A stretch of 64,000 nt of DNA from Spongiibacteraceae bacterium (GTDB lineage: Bacteria; Pseudomonadota; Gammaproteobacteria; Pseudomonadales; CAMLJR01), in the NCBI GenBank assembly GCA_047602265.1, contig JASGHU010000002.1, positions 2,299-66,298 of the forward strand, read 5' to 3'. Below are positions 23,127 through 33,474 of the stretch, piece by piece. The position numbers were made by a program, and so were the translations under genes. The notes under the pieces were generated by a model. The model was not told where the DNA came from and ran no database searches. It saw only the letters and a list, made by a program, of their open reading frames with translations. Numbering within the stretch: the first letter of the stretch is position 1; every line of letters begins with the position of its first letter.

Positions 23127-24247
23127 GGATTGATTTCCTGTGTATTGTCAACGCTCGTATTTTGCGCGGGGATCGACTCGCTGAGCAAGCGTCGTACATT
23201 AGCGACAGCCGCCTCAGCGCGCGCCATATAAGATGCCATAACGAGCGAATGGTTCGCGACGAATCCAAAACCGCTGCCATTGAGAATCATCGGACTGTAA
23301 ATGGGGCCCTGCGCCGCATCGAGTGCACGAATCGCTTCCTGCATTGGAAGCAGCGCATTTTTTTCGCGCAGCGTGTGCGAAAAATCCAATTCGATCGCGC
23401 GCAGCAAATGCGATAGCGCCCACGCACTGCCGCGCGCCTCATAGAAAACATCGTCGAGTTGCGACGATGGTGTAAGCGAGGTCGAGGATGTCGGGAGATT
23501 GCGCTGGCTCAGTGAGTTTTCGCGCTGGCGTAAGGGATTTTCACGCGGCTCGATACAGGCGCTTAAGCGTTGTACGTCGATATCGAGCCGCTGCGTGACA
23601 CGCGCAAGATATCGATCGAGCACCTCCGCTGTCGTCACAAAGACTGCATGATCGTCGCGCTTTTCCAGGCTCTTCAAATAATCGCGCAGGTAACCCGCAG
23701 CATCGCGATATTGCGACTCCGATGCCGGCAACATCCAACTGCTTTCGGAAAAATTCAAACGCGGCTCAGCGCGCGCCAAATCGTCATTGAGTTCGGCTTG
23801 CGCGGAAGCACGACCAAAATCATCGCGCAGCGAGCGCGCCATATCACGCGCCTGCTGCAACGCACCGCGCTCCCAATGCGGCATATTGTCGAGCCACAGA
23901 CCCGGCGGAAAAATATCGTTGTTAATAAAACCGCCGGGCTTATCGAGCAGCGTCACCACCACCTGCTGCAACGTCGCCGTCGTCAGCGCCCCCTCAACCG
24001 TTGCAGGCGCGGTTTCATGCAATGCGTTATTGACGCTGTTGGACACATCGAATTGCGCGGGCTCTCGACTCCAATAAATACCCAGCCCCATAAGAGTGAT
24101 GGCAAAAGCTCCGGCCGCCGCCAACGCGATGCGCCAATGTCTCGTATCGCCGACGTGCTCGCGCGCCTCTTCGCGCAATTCTTCACTCCATTGTTCGGCG
24201 CGTTGAGACAAATGCTCAGCGCGCTGTGACAATCCGCGCCACTTCAT
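23123..24247 (-). CDS. DUF2333-family membrane-anchored protein
   Basis: 374 aa with a single N-terminal TM (WRIALAAAGAFAITLMGLGIYW). The motif KPGGFINNDIFPPGLWLDNMPHWERGALQQ is recalled as typical of DUF2333. It is co-directional with PCuAC and yajG. Confidence 0.55.
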   Translation of the reverse strand: MKWRGLSQRAEHLSQRAEQWSEELREEAREHVGDTRHWRIALAAAGAFAITLMGLGIYWSREPAQFDVSNSVNNALHETAPATVEGALTTATLQQVVVTLLDKPGGFINNDIFPPGLWLDNMPHWERGALQQARDMARSLRDDFGRASAQAELNDDLARAEPRLNFSESSWMLPASESQYRDAAGYLRDYLKSLEKRDDHAVFVTTAEVLDRYLARVTQRLDIDVQRLSACIEPRENPLRQRENSLSQRNLPTSSTSLTPSSQLDDVFYEARGSAWALSHLLRAIELDFSHTLREKNALLPMQEAIRALDAAQGPIYSPMILNGSGFGFVANHSLVMASYMARAEAAVANVRRLLSESIPAQNTSVDNTQEINP

Positions 24248-24264
24248 CGCGTCGCTCTCATCAC

Positions 24265-24720
24265 CTATTTTCCAACTCCCAGCATTTTCACGACAGGAAT
24301 CTGCGCGCTGTACGCCTTTCCTTCCTCGTCCAGCAACGTGATCTTGACGTTATCGCCCGCGCGCAAGCTGCGCTTTAAATTGATCAGCATGAGGTGGTAA
24401 CCACCCGGCGCGAATTGCACATGGTCGTGCGCGGGAATCACCAGACGCCGTACCTGCGCCATGCTCATCGCGCCGTCCGCATGTTTGTGTTCGTGCACTT
24501 CTGCCGACTGCGACACATCGCTCACTGCCGCCACGATAGCCACCGGCCGATTGCTGTTGTTGACGACATCCATATAGGCTGCGCTGGTGCTTTGCCCCGG
24601 CGGCAACTCACGCACATAGCCCTCGCGAATCTGCAACGCATCCGCCCGCGCCAACGTACACGCCAGCAACCCGCCCAATAACAACGAGACCGCCGACAAA
24701 TTCTTCATGACTTTCCGCAT
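24265..24720 (-). CDS. Periplasmic copper chaperone PCu(A)C (DUF461)
   Basis: Signal peptide MRKVMKNLSAVSLLLGGLLAC.. followed by HEHKHADGAMSMAQV...FAPGGYHLMLINLKRSL, the H(M)x10Mx21HxM-type copper site region. The start is ambiguous (24720 or 24708); the longer 24795 start has no support. Confidence 0.8.
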   Translation of the reverse strand: MRKVMKNLSAVSLLLGGLLACTLARADALQIREGYVRELPPGQSTSAAYMDVVNNSNRPVAIVAAVSDVSQSAEVHEHKHADGAMSMAQVRRLVIPAHDHVQFAPGGYHLMLINLKRSLRAGDNVKITLLDEEGKAYSAQIPVVKMLGVGK

Positions 24721-25018
24721 ATCCACCCCAGGAGCCAATAAAACTGCGCGCACTACTAACACACCATAAGTAACACACCGCGAATAACACGGCACAAACC
24801 CGCGCGCGTCGACTACAGCATAGCCTTACTCCGCTGCATCACTAGCAACACCCCCGAATTCGCGGCGCCGATCACAGCCTGAGCGTGCAATTCAACGCTG
24901 TAATATGCAGAGAGACACCATCCGCTACACTGTGTGCAGAAATAAGGCTGAACCTTCATCGGATTTTGACGACAAAACTCCCGTCAAATTCGCCCACACC
25001 TCACCAAAAACGATTGCG

Positions 25019-26782
25019 ATGGCCCGACAATTTTTATTACTCGTTTTATTTTGCATGGTCGGTTATGTCTGCGCCGGCGATCCCTTTAAATCGAACAGCA
25101 TTGGCACCAAAGACGAATTCCTGTCGGTCAAAGAAGCCTACCGACCGAGCGTCGATGCGACCGGTGAAACATTGCAATTGCACTGGGATATCGACGAAGG
25201 CTACTACCTCTATCGCCATCAATTTGCATTCAAGACGTCGGCTGGCGCTGAGATCGCCGCGCAAATCCCTCCCGGCAAAGGCAAGGAGGACGAATTCTTC
25301 GGCCATGTCGAGGTGTACTACCACGCGCTGGATATTGCACTGACGCCACCCGCCGATACGAATACTTTTACGCTCGAAGTGACGGCGCAAGGCTGCGCCG
25401 AGGCAGGCCTTTGTTACCCGCCAACGACATGGTATTGGGCGATCGATACTGCGGCGAAAACAGCGACGCCTATCGATGCGCCGCCAACTGCCACGGCCAA
25501 CAACGCTGCGCCGAGCACCACCTCACCAATTGCTAACATGCCGATTACCACTGCGGCGCCACAAGATCGGTCATGGCTCGCGATGCTGCTGTTCGCCATT
25601 CTCGGCGGCAGCATTCTCAACCTGATGCCGTGCGTATTTCCCGTGTTGAGCCTTAAAGTGCTCGCGTTCGCCAGCCACAAGGAGGAACACCTGGCGGTGC
25701 ACGGCCTGGTTTACACCGCAGGTGTTGTGCTGAGCTTTTTGCTGGTCGCCATCGTGCTGCTGGCGCTCAAAGCCGCCGGACAGGCGATCGGCTGGGGATT
25801 TCAATTACAGCAACCGTGGTTTGTCGCTGCGCTGGCGTATTTGTTTTTCGCGATGGGCTTGAGCCTGTCTGGCTTCTGGCAACTGGGCGGAAGCTGGATG
25901 GGCCTCGGCAACGATCTGGCCGGACGCGCAGGATACAGCGGCAGCTTTTTCACCGGCATGCTCGCCACACTGGTCGCCAGCCCGTGCACGGCGCCGTTCA
26001 TGGCGCCCGCACTTGGCTTTGCCGCGACCCAACCGCCAGTGCGGGCGCTCGGCATCTTTGCGGCGCTCGGCGTCGGCATGGCGCTGCCCATCCTCATCCT
26101 CTGCCTAAGCCCGAAACTGCTATCGCGCATCCCGCGCCCGGGTGCGTGGATGGATTACTTCAAGCAGGCGCTGGCCTTCCCGCTCTACGCCACGGCGATT
26201 TGGCTGTGCTGGGTCGCTGGTCAGCAAACTGGCCCGACCGGCATGATGGCCGTACTTTCCGGCATGCTCGCCATCACACTGGCCCTGTGGTTGTGGTCGT
26301 TTGGGCAGAAGCGTCTCGGCTGGCTTTGGCGCACCGCTGCATTGATCGGCCTTGCCGTGGCACTTTCAATTCTGGGCAGCCCGCTGTTAAAGGTGCTCGA
26401 TAAAGCCAGCTCTGAAGCCCACGCCAACACCAACTGGGAGCCCTACTCCAAGGAACGACTGGCGAATCTTCGCGCCAATGGCGACGCCGTTTTCGTCAAT
26501 GCCACCGCGGCTTGGTGCATAACCTGCTTAACCAATGAAAAGGTCACCTTGAGCAAACAAGAAGTGAAGGATGCTTTCGCGAGGCACAAGGTCACCTACC
26601 TGAAAGCCGACTGGACCCATTACGACGCCGATATCACCGCGCTGCTGGCTCAATTCGGCCGCAACGGCGTACCGCTCTATATCTTCTTTCCCAAAGGTAA
26701 GGACTCGCAGCCCATCGTGTTACCGCAATTGCTACGACCATCGGCCATACTCGATACACTCGACGCGCATGCCAGCCCCTGA
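25019..26782 (+). CDS. dsbD: Thiol:disulfide interchange protein DsbD
   Basis: Signal peptide MARQFLLLVLFCMVGYVCAG, an N-terminal DsbD-alpha domain, a membrane core with LNLMPCVFPVL and LVASPCTAPFM, and a C-terminal thioredoxin fold with AAWCITC. The start was chosen at the ATG at 25019 rather than the ORF-track 24905. Confidence 0.9.
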   Translation: MARQFLLLVLFCMVGYVCAGDPFKSNSIGTKDEFLSVKEAYRPSVDATGETLQLHWDIDEGYYLYRHQFAFKTSAGAEIAAQIPPGKGKEDEFFGHVEVYYHALDIALTPPADTNTFTLEVTAQGCAEAGLCYPPTTWYWAIDTAAKTATPIDAPPTATANNAAPSTTSPIANMPITTAAPQDRSWLAMLLFAILGGSILNLMPCVFPVLSLKVLAFASHKEEHLAVHGLVYTAGVVLSFLLVAIVLLALKAAGQAIGWGFQLQQPWFVAALAYLFFAMGLSLSGFWQLGGSWMGLGNDLAGRAGYSGSFFTGMLATLVASPCTAPFMAPALGFAATQPPVRALGIFAALGVGMALPILILCLSPKLLSRIPRPGAWMDYFKQALAFPLYATAIWLCWVAGQQTGPTGMMAVLSGMLAITLALWLWSFGQKRLGWLWRTAALIGLAVALSILGSPLLKVLDKASSEAHANTNWEPYSKERLANLRANGDAVFVNATAAWCITCLTNEKVTLSKQEVKDAFARHKVTYLKADWTHYDADITALLAQFGRNGVPLYIFFPKGKDSQPIVLPQLLRPSAILDTLDAHASP

Positions 26783-27024
26783 CGCATAATGGGCCTTCTG
26801 ACCCAATTTCGCTAATTTGCAGCAAACAAGCTGACATCCTCGCCAATTTCTTAAAAACTTGAAAAGAGTGCTTGAGCTATTCAATGCACTTATGCACAAT
26901 CGACCCAATCAGGCACAAAACCTGCTCAACCAGCTCTAAACCCGCAACGGATTAGGTAAATGTGAAGAGCCGGGCAACAACAAGAATTCGGGCAGATTCG
27001 GACATCTTCGGAAAGTAGGAACGC

Positions 27025-27465
27025 ATGGCACTGATACTGGTTCTACACGGCCCCAACCTCAACCTGCTGGGGACTCGCGAGCCTGAGGTTTATGGCACAA
27101 CGACCCTGACCGACATCAACCAGCTGCTGACGCAGCAGGCTAACGCGGCCGGCCACCAACTCCAGCACTTTCAAAGCAACGCCGAACATGAGCTGATCGG
27201 CCGTGTTCATGCGGCCAAATCCGAGAAAGTAGCATTCATCCTGCTCAATCCCGGTGCATTCACGCACACCAGCATTGCATTGCGCGATGCCTTACTCGGC
27301 GTCGGCATCCCGTTCATCGAAGTCCACCTGTCGAACGTGCATGCACGCGAAGCGTTCCGTCGTCACTCGTACTTTTCCGATGTGGCTGTCGGCGTCATTT
27401 GCGGGCTCGGCGCCCAGAGCTACGAATTAGCTTTACAAGCCGCGATCAAGCGCATCGATTCCTAG
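27025..27465 (+). CDS. aroQ: 3-dehydroquinate dehydratase, type II
   Basis: [21 protein letters not shown]...[17 protein letters not shown]...[18 protein letters not shown] is the canonical AroQ sequence. Confidence 0.95.
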   Translation: MALILVLHGPNLNLLGTREPEVYGTTTLTDINQLLTQQANAAGHQLQHFQSNAEHELIGRVHAAKSEKVAFILLNPGAFTHTSIALRDALLGVGIPFIEVHLSNVHAREAFRRHSYFSDVAVGVICGLGAQSYELALQAAIKRIDS

Positions 27466-27508
27466 ATCTTTCACCCAGCTACATCCACTGAGCTTTAGAG
27501 AAGAGACG

Positions 27509-27982
27509 ATGGATATACGCAAAGTTAAGAAATTGATCGAGCTACTTGAAGAGTCGAACATCGACGAAATCGAGATCAAAGAGGGCGAAGAGTCGGTGCG
27601 CATCAGCCGTAATCGCGCAAGCGCACAGCCTCAATATTTTGCTGCGCCGCCGATGATGGCAGCAGCGCCGGCACCGGCTGCAGCTCCAGTTGCCGCAGCG
27701 CCCGCACCAGTCGCCGCTCCTGCAGAGAGCAAAGCATCCGCCGTGAACGGCCATGTCGTGAAATCGCCGATGGTAGGCACCTTCTACCGGGCGCCGTCGC
27801 CGAGCTCTCCCCCGTTCGTTGAAGTCGGTAAACACGTCAAAGTCGGCGACGTCATTTGCATCGTCGAAGCGATGAAAATGCTCAACCAGATCGAAGCCGA
27901 TAAATCTGGCGTGGTCGAAGCGATCCTCGCGCAAGATGGTCAGCCGGTCGAGTTCGATCAACCGTTAATCACGATCGTTTAA
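27509..27982 (+). CDS. accB: Acetyl-CoA carboxylase biotin carboxyl carrier protein
   Basis: [23 protein letters not shown].., an Ala/Pro linker, and the biotinyl-lysine motif [13 protein letters not shown]. Confidence 0.95.
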   Translation: MDIRKVKKLIELLEESNIDEIEIKEGEESVRISRNRASAQPQYFAAPPMMAAAPAPAAAPVAAAPAPVAAPAESKASAVNGHVVKSPMVGTFYRAPSPSSPPFVEVGKHVKVGDVICIVEAMKMLNQIEADKSGVVEAILAQDGQPVEFDQPLITIV

Positions 27983-27999
27983 TTTTCCAGCTCGGGCCA

Positions 28000-28074
28000 T
28001 TATCGAGCTCAATTTCATCGAAACCGATTTCGTCGAAATCTATCTCATCGAAACGCAAGTCATCGAAAAGAGTG
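28000..28074 (+). repeat. 15-bp periodic direct repeat (TCRTCGAAA core x4, plus one degenerate copy) in the accB-accC spacer
   Basis: Core copies start at 28015, 28030, 28045 and 28060 (tcatcgaaa / tcgtcgaaa / tcatcgaaa / tcatcgaaa), with a degenerate ttatcgagc at 28000. The array ends just before the accC RBS GGAG at 28074..28077. Confidence 0.7.
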
Positions 28075-28079
28075 GAGCC

Positions 28080-29420
28080 ATGCTGGAAAAAGTCGTTATC
28101 GCCAATCGTGGAGAAATTGCACTGCGCATTTTGCGCGCCTGCAAAGAGCTCGGGATCAAGACGGTCGCGGTGCACTCTTCGGTCGATCGCAATTTGATGC
28201 ACGTGCGCCTCGCCGATGAATCCGTTTGCATCGGGCCAGCCCCCTCACCAAAAAGTTATCTCAACGCCGCTGCGATTATCAGTGCTGCGGAAATCACCGA
28301 CGCAGTAGCGATTCATCCGGGCTACGGTTTTCTCGCCGAAAATGCCGACTTCGCTGAGCAGGTCGAAAAAAGCGGTTTTGTTTTCATTGGCCCCACCGCG
28401 GATGTCATTCGCTTAATGGGCGATAAGGTATCTGCCATCGCCGCCATGAAAAAAGCCGGCGTTCCCACTGTGCCCGGTTCCGATGGCCCCATTACCGAGG
28501 ACGAGGCGGCGACAATTAAAGTCGCACGTAAAATCGGTTACCCCGTCATCATCAAAGCGGCAGCGGGCGGCGGCGGACGCGGCATGCGCGTAGTGCATTC
28601 CGAAGCCGCATTATTGAATGCGGTTTATGTAACGCAAGCCGAAGCAAAAGCTGCATTTGGCGACGATACCGTATACATCGAAAAATTTTTGGAAAATCCG
28701 CGTCACGTCGAAATTCAAGTACTCGCGGATGGTCAAGGTAATGCCGTTGCATTGGGTGATCGCGATTGCTCGCTGCAACGCCGCCATCAAAAAGTGTTGG
28801 AAGAAGCGCCCGCGCCCGGCATTCCCGATAAAGCGCGCGCCGAAGTCGCAAAAGCCTGTGTCGACGCGTGTGTGAGCATCGGTTATCGCGGCGCCGGCAC
28901 GTTCGAGTTTTTATACGAGAACGAAAAGTTTTATTTCATCGAAATGAATACGCGCGTGCAGGTCGAACACCCAGTCACTGAAATGGTGACGGGCATCGAT
29001 ATCATCAAAGAGCAATTGCGCATCGCATCAGGCGAAAAATTATCGATCAAGCAAAGCGACATCAAAATCGAAGGCCATTCTTTCGAATGCCGCATCAATG
29101 CCGAAGACCCAAAAACCTTCGTACCCTGCCCCGGTAAAGTTACGCATTTTCATGCACCGGGCGGTCCGGGCGTGCGCGTCGATTCGCACTTATACAGCGG
29201 CTACACGGTGCCGCCGAATTACGATTCGATGATCGGCAAAATCATCACCTACGGCGACACGCGCGAAGAGGCATTGAATCGCATGCGCCAGGCGCTTGAT
29301 GAACTCGTCGTCGAAGGCATTCGCACCAATCAGGAATTACAGCGCGATTTGGTGCGCGATTCGGGTTTCCGCAAAGGTGGCGTCAACATTCACTACCTCG
29401 AAAAGAAATTGAAGTCCTGA
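28080..29420 (+). CDS. accC: Acetyl-CoA carboxylase biotin carboxylase subunit
   Basis: [26 protein letters not shown]..., ATP-grasp [24 protein letters not shown]. Confidence 0.95.
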   Translation: MLEKVVIANRGEIALRILRACKELGIKTVAVHSSVDRNLMHVRLADESVCIGPAPSPKSYLNAAAIISAAEITDAVAIHPGYGFLAENADFAEQVEKSGFVFIGPTADVIRLMGDKVSAIAAMKKAGVPTVPGSDGPITEDEAATIKVARKIGYPVIIKAAAGGGGRGMRVVHSEAALLNAVYVTQAEAKAAFGDDTVYIEKFLENPRHVEIQVLADGQGNAVALGDRDCSLQRRHQKVLEEAPAPGIPDKARAEVAKACVDACVSIGYRGAGTFEFLYENEKFYFIEMNTRVQVEHPVTEMVTGIDIIKEQLRIASGEKLSIKQSDIKIEGHSFECRINAEDPKTFVPCPGKVTHFHAPGGPGVRVDSHLYSGYTVPPNYDSMIGKIITYGDTREEALNRMRQALDELVVEGIRTNQELQRDLVRDSGFRKGGVNIHYLEKKLKS

Positions 29421-29538
29421 CCCTTCACCTCTACAACACGGGACCCAATTAAAAACTCCACCCGAAAAGAATTTGCCGCTTCATGTTCGCGCCATCGGTA
29501 CAATTGCGCCTTTCTTCACTAACGAGATTGGTGATCGA

Positions 29539-30447
29539 GTGGCCTGGCTGCAATTAACATTTCCGAGCGATCGCGAAAGCGCATCGCCCTTAGAAGATGC
29601 GCTCATCGATTGCGGCGCGGTTTCCGTTACCCTGCAAGACAACGCCGATGAACCCGTGCTCGAACCTGGCGTCGGCGAAACGCCGCTGTGGAGCGAAACC
29701 AAAGTCGTCGCGCTATTTACCGAAGATGCCGAAATCGAAATCGTGCTCGCCACACTCGCCGCACAATTTCCCAAGCTGCCACCGTGGACACTCGAGCGCA
29801 TCGAAGAGCAAGCGTGGGAACGCGCATGGATGGATGATTTTCAGCCCATGCGTTTCGGCCAGCGTTTATGGGTTTGTCCGAGCTGGTGCGAGCCGCCCGA
29901 TCCGAATGGCGTCGTACTCGCTCTCGATCCCGGCCTCGCCTTCGGCACCGGCACGCATCCAACCACTGCGCTGTGTCTGGAATGGCTCGACGGTATCGAT
30001 CTAACCGACAAAACCGTCATCGATTACGGTTGCGGTTCGGGCATTCTCGCGATTGCCGCGTTATTACTCGGCGCTGAAAAAGCGATTGCTATCGATAACG
30101 ACCCGCAAGCGCTGATCGCTACGCACGACAATGCGCTGCGCAATCACATCGATCCCGAACGCCTGCTCACCTACACACCAGAGCAACTCATGTCAGCATC
30201 ACAACAACAGCCCGCGAATTTCATTGCCGATGTGACTGTGGCCAATATTCTCGCCGGGCCATTGCAATCGCTTGCCCCTACACTTGCGCAGCACACACGC
30301 GCACAGGGATTGATTGCACTGTCGGGCATTCTCGAAGAGCAAGCGGGCGCCGTTATGGAGAGCTATCGCACCCATTTTGCGATGCAGCCCGCGATTACGA
30401 GCGATGGCTGGGTGCGTTTGAGTGGCATTAAACAAAGCAGCCTTTAA
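29539..30447 (+). CDS. prmA: Ribosomal protein L11 methyltransferase
   Basis: Start set at the in-frame GTG at 29539 (V)AWLQLTF.., matching the usual MPWIQL-type N-terminus. SAM motif VIDYGCGSGILAIAA is present. The ORF-track TTG at 29473 would add 22 unsupported residues. Confidence 0.85.
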   Translation: MAWLQLTFPSDRESASPLEDALIDCGAVSVTLQDNADEPVLEPGVGETPLWSETKVVALFTEDAEIEIVLATLAAQFPKLPPWTLERIEEQAWERAWMDDFQPMRFGQRLWVCPSWCEPPDPNGVVLALDPGLAFGTGTHPTTALCLEWLDGIDLTDKTVIDYGCGSGILAIAALLLGAEKAIAIDNDPQALIATHDNALRNHIDPERLLTYTPEQLMSASQQQPANFIADVTVANILAGPLQSLAPTLAQHTRAQGLIALSGILEEQAGAVMESYRTHFAMQPAITSDGWVRLSGIKQSSL

Positions 30448-30586
30448 AATGCGCGCACGCTGCATTTACCGCAGAACAAACTCGGAGCGATAACGTCAGC
30501 TACACTGCAACGAGTTTTATCGTTTGAATTTTCGGATTTCGCACGCGATACCGACCTCCACAGCAAGAGAGGACAACGTTCGATAC

Positions 30587-31909
30587 ATGGACCATCGCAT
30601 CACCCAATGCCCGCGCTGCGGCACCTCGTTTCGCGTTACTGAAGCCCATCTCGCAGTGGCAGCCGGTGCGGTGCGGTGCGGCTCATGCCTGCATATTTTC
30701 AACGCGCGCGATCATTGGGCCGATAGCAAACCCGCCGCCCCCGAGCCCGAAAAGCCATTAGCTCAAAAGAAAATCGACGAGATCGAAATCGGCGACGATG
30801 AACTGATCGACGACGACTCACCGATCTTCGATGATGACGAGCCCGAGCCTGCCGCCAAAACCAAGGGCGGAATTATTTTTAACGCCGTCGACGAAGATTT
30901 CGAAGTCATCGACGATGGCGGCCCCGAAAAACTCAGCGAATCGTTTCTCGATATCAACAGCTGGGAAGAGGAAAGCGGCCACAGTTTTCGCAACGAACGC
31001 ATCGACACCGATGAGGACGATGAATCGAACGAAGCCGCATGGACACAGAAGCTGCTCGAAGACGACGAGGAGAAAGTCGAGTCTGCGATCAAGGCTCCTG
31101 CTCGCTCGGATGTGTTCGACGAATTCGACAGTGTGCTCGATGCCGTCCCCGAAATCGAAGACGATGAGCCCGAAGACAACAAACCCTCAACCAAAAACGA
31201 CGATTTCAGCGCCGAGTTTTCTGCCGAGTTCTTAAATATCGATGCGGACAACGATCGCCCCGCGCGCGCGCCAATGAATGACAGCGCCGCAACTTCGACG
31301 CTGGCAATCGACACCGAGCCGAACGAGCCCGCGACAACTGCAGGCGAGCCCACTCAACCGCTGTTTGCCTTGCGCGACATCGAGCAGGAGCCGATTCGCC
31401 TGCACCAATTCGTGCACGAATCGCGCTGGCCAAAAATTCTGTGGAGCAGCGCCTTTGTCGGCGTACTGGCACTGAGCGTGTGGCAATACATCCATTTTAA
31501 TTTTGCAGAGCTGGCGCGCGGCTCGCTGCGCCCATGGTTGGCGCAGGCCTGCAATCTGCTCGACTGCGTATTGCCGCCACAATTCGATGTGACACAAGTG
31601 CGCACCAACAGCCTGATCGTTCGCAGCCATCCAACCCAGCGCGCTGCGCTCGCGGTCGATGCCATCATCACCAACCAGGCGGATTTCCCGCAGCCCTATC
31701 CCGTGCTGCAACTGCAGTTTTCCGACCTCAACGGCGCACCGGTGGCGGGTCGTCGCTTTCTGCCCAGCGAATACCTGAGCGGCGAACTGACCGGCGCACG
31801 CCTGATGCCCGTGCAACAACCGGTGCATATCGCGCTGGAAATCGTCGATCCGGGTTCCCGTGCAGTCAATTATCAGCTGAGCGTGGTCGCCCCCGATCTC
31901 GCCGAATAA
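30587..31909 (+). CDS. Zinc-ribbon (MJ0042-type) / DUF3426 membrane protein with long acidic linker
   Basis: MDHRITQCPRCGTSFRVTEAHLAVAAGAVRCGSCLHIF zinc ribbon, a ~230 aa D/E-rich low-complexity region, one TM (ILWSSAFVGVLALSVWQYI), and a C-terminal DUF3426-like domain. Confidence 0.7.
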   Translation: MDHRITQCPRCGTSFRVTEAHLAVAAGAVRCGSCLHIFNARDHWADSKPAAPEPEKPLAQKKIDEIEIGDDELIDDDSPIFDDDEPEPAAKTKGGIIFNAVDEDFEVIDDGGPEKLSESFLDINSWEEESGHSFRNERIDTDEDDESNEAAWTQKLLEDDEEKVESAIKAPARSDVFDEFDSVLDAVPEIEDDEPEDNKPSTKNDDFSAEFSAEFLNIDADNDRPARAPMNDSAATSTLAIDTEPNEPATTAGEPTQPLFALRDIEQEPIRLHQFVHESRWPKILWSSAFVGVLALSVWQYIHFNFAELARGSLRPWLAQACNLLDCVLPPQFDVTQVRTNSLIVRSHPTQRAALAVDAIITNQADFPQPYPVLQLQFSDLNGAPVAGRRFLPSEYLSGELTGARLMPVQQPVHIALEIVDPGSRAVNYQLSVVAPDLAE

Positions 31910-32045
31910 CCGCCGCGTCCGCCGCAGGCTGCCGAGCGGCGGAAATTTGCACAAAAAACCGCTGTTCGCACTTTATCCGCACCCCCTCAGCAGGTATCAT
32001 AGCGCCCTCTTTTTCACCGCCCGCCATACCCTCGGTTGCTAATCA

Positions 32046-33065
32046 ATGTCGTCGTCAACGCTGTCGATATCTCGGCCAACGCTGACCATTGGCGATTACA
32101 CACTCAGCAGTCCGGTGGTGTTAGCCCCGATGGCAGGTGTTACCGACCGCCCCTTCCGCACGCTGTGCCGTCAACTCGGCGCGGGTCTTGCGGTGTCGGA
32201 AATGGTGACGAGCGACAGCTCGCTGTGGAGCAGCCGCAAATCGCAATGGCGGATGGATCACAGCGGCGAAAGCGGTCCAATCTCGGTGCAAATCGCCGGC
32301 AGCGAACCGCAGCAGATGGCTGAAGCGGCCAGACTCAACGTCGATAACGGTGCGCAAATCATCGATATCAACATGGGCTGCCCGGCCAAGAAAGTGTGCA
32401 AACGTGCGGCGGGCTCCGCGTTATTACGAGACGAAGCACTGGTCGATGCGATTTTGAATGCGGTGACGAACGCAGTTTCGGTTCCCGTCACCTTGAAAAT
32501 TCGCACCGGCTGGTCGCCGGATGAGCGCAACGCCGTGCAAATTGCTCGGATTGCCGAAAATGCAGGTATCCGTTTGCTGTCGGTACACGGCCGCACGCGA
32601 GCCTGTAAATTCGAAGGTGAAGCGGAATACGAAACCATTGCGGCAGTAAAAGCTGCTGTTTCGATCCCCATCGTCGCTAACGGCGATATCGATTCACCCG
32701 AAAAAGCCGCTGCAGTCTTGGCGGCGACACGCGCCGATGGCGTCATGATCGGTCGCGCCGCACAGGGCCGCCCTTGGCTGTGCGGACAAATTGCGCAGTT
32801 TCTCGCGCACGGAACTTACAACGCTGCACCGGACGCTCAGCAATTGCGGCAAATTCTGCTGACGCACTTACAGAATTTGCACGAATTTTATGGAGAGCCG
32901 ATGGGCGCGCGTATCGCGCGCAAACATGTCGGTTGGTACCTCGCAGACCAACCTGGCGCGGCCGATTTTCAGCGCACATTTAATCAGCTGGAGCACGCCG
33001 CCGAACAATATCGCGCTCTCGACCATTGGTTTGCGAGATTAATGAATGAGGAACAAGCAGCATGA
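32046..33065 (+). CDS. dusB: tRNA-dihydrouridine synthase B
   Basis: [43 protein letters not shown]. The stop overlaps the fis start (ATGA). Confidence 0.95.
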   Translation: MSSSTLSISRPTLTIGDYTLSSPVVLAPMAGVTDRPFRTLCRQLGAGLAVSEMVTSDSSLWSSRKSQWRMDHSGESGPISVQIAGSEPQQMAEAARLNVDNGAQIIDINMGCPAKKVCKRAAGSALLRDEALVDAILNAVTNAVSVPVTLKIRTGWSPDERNAVQIARIAENAGIRLLSVHGRTRACKFEGEAEYETIAAVKAAVSIPIVANGDIDSPEKAAAVLAATRADGVMIGRAAQGRPWLCGQIAQFLAHGTYNAAPDAQQLRQILLTHLQNLHEFYGEPMGARIARKHVGWYLADQPGAADFQRTFNQLEHAAEQYRALDHWFARLMNEEQAA

Positions 33066-33388
33066 ACAATAGCGAACGCTTTGACACAACGACATCCGCC
33101 ACTGCACTGAATGCGGCCGATTTGCAAAAGCAGCATTTGACGCACGCACCCGTGTCGCAAGCACAAACGTTACGCGATAGCGTTGCGATCGCACTCAGCA
33201 ATTATTTCAAGCACCTCGACGGCCAGGATGTCACCGACGTTTACAATATGGTGTTGTCGGAAGTCGAAGCACCGCTGCTCGAAGAAGTATTGCGCTACAC
33301 CCGCAACAACCAAACCAAAGCAGCCGTATTGCTCGGACTCAATCGCGGCACACTGCGCAAAAAACTCAAGCAATACGACCTGCTGTAA
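33062..33388 (+). CDS. fis: DNA-binding protein Fis
   Basis: C-terminal [26 protein letters not shown] and the conserved dusB-fis operon arrangement. Confidence 0.95.
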   Translation: MNNSERFDTTTSATALNAADLQKQHLTHAPVSQAQTLRDSVAIALSNYFKHLDGQDVTDVYNMVLSEVEAPLLEEVLRYTRNNQTKAAVLLGLNRGTLRKKLKQYDLL

Positions 33389-33405
33389 TCAATTAGCAAT
33401 TCCAT

Positions 33406-33432
33406 AAAAGGGGTGATACGTCACCCCTTTTT
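33406..33432 (+). terminator. Rho-independent terminator after fis
   Basis: aaaa-ggggtga-tacg-tcacccc-ttttt. Confidence 0.8.
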
Positions 33433-33474
33433 GTTTCGACAAAATACCGAACATTAATTGCCACGAGATTCGAA

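Noticed and set aside
23570-24229. Long ORFs antisense to bacterial genes, e.g. 23570..24229(+), 31232..31954(-), 41048..41665(-), 42594..43367(+), 44651..45319(+), 51604..52212(-), 52579..53220(-), 54629..55402(-), 57170..57817(-), 60372..60959(-), 62911..63492(-).
   Set aside because: Each lies fully inside a confidently recognised gene on the other strand. Their translations are Arg/Ala/Gly-rich with no recognisable motifs. These are typical shadow ORFs of GC-rich coding DNA.
30763-31353. Ser-rich 196 aa ORF on the minus strand.
   Set aside because: It is the antisense reading of the GAn-rich acidic (D/E) linker of the DUF3426 protein, so it is a low-complexity artefact.
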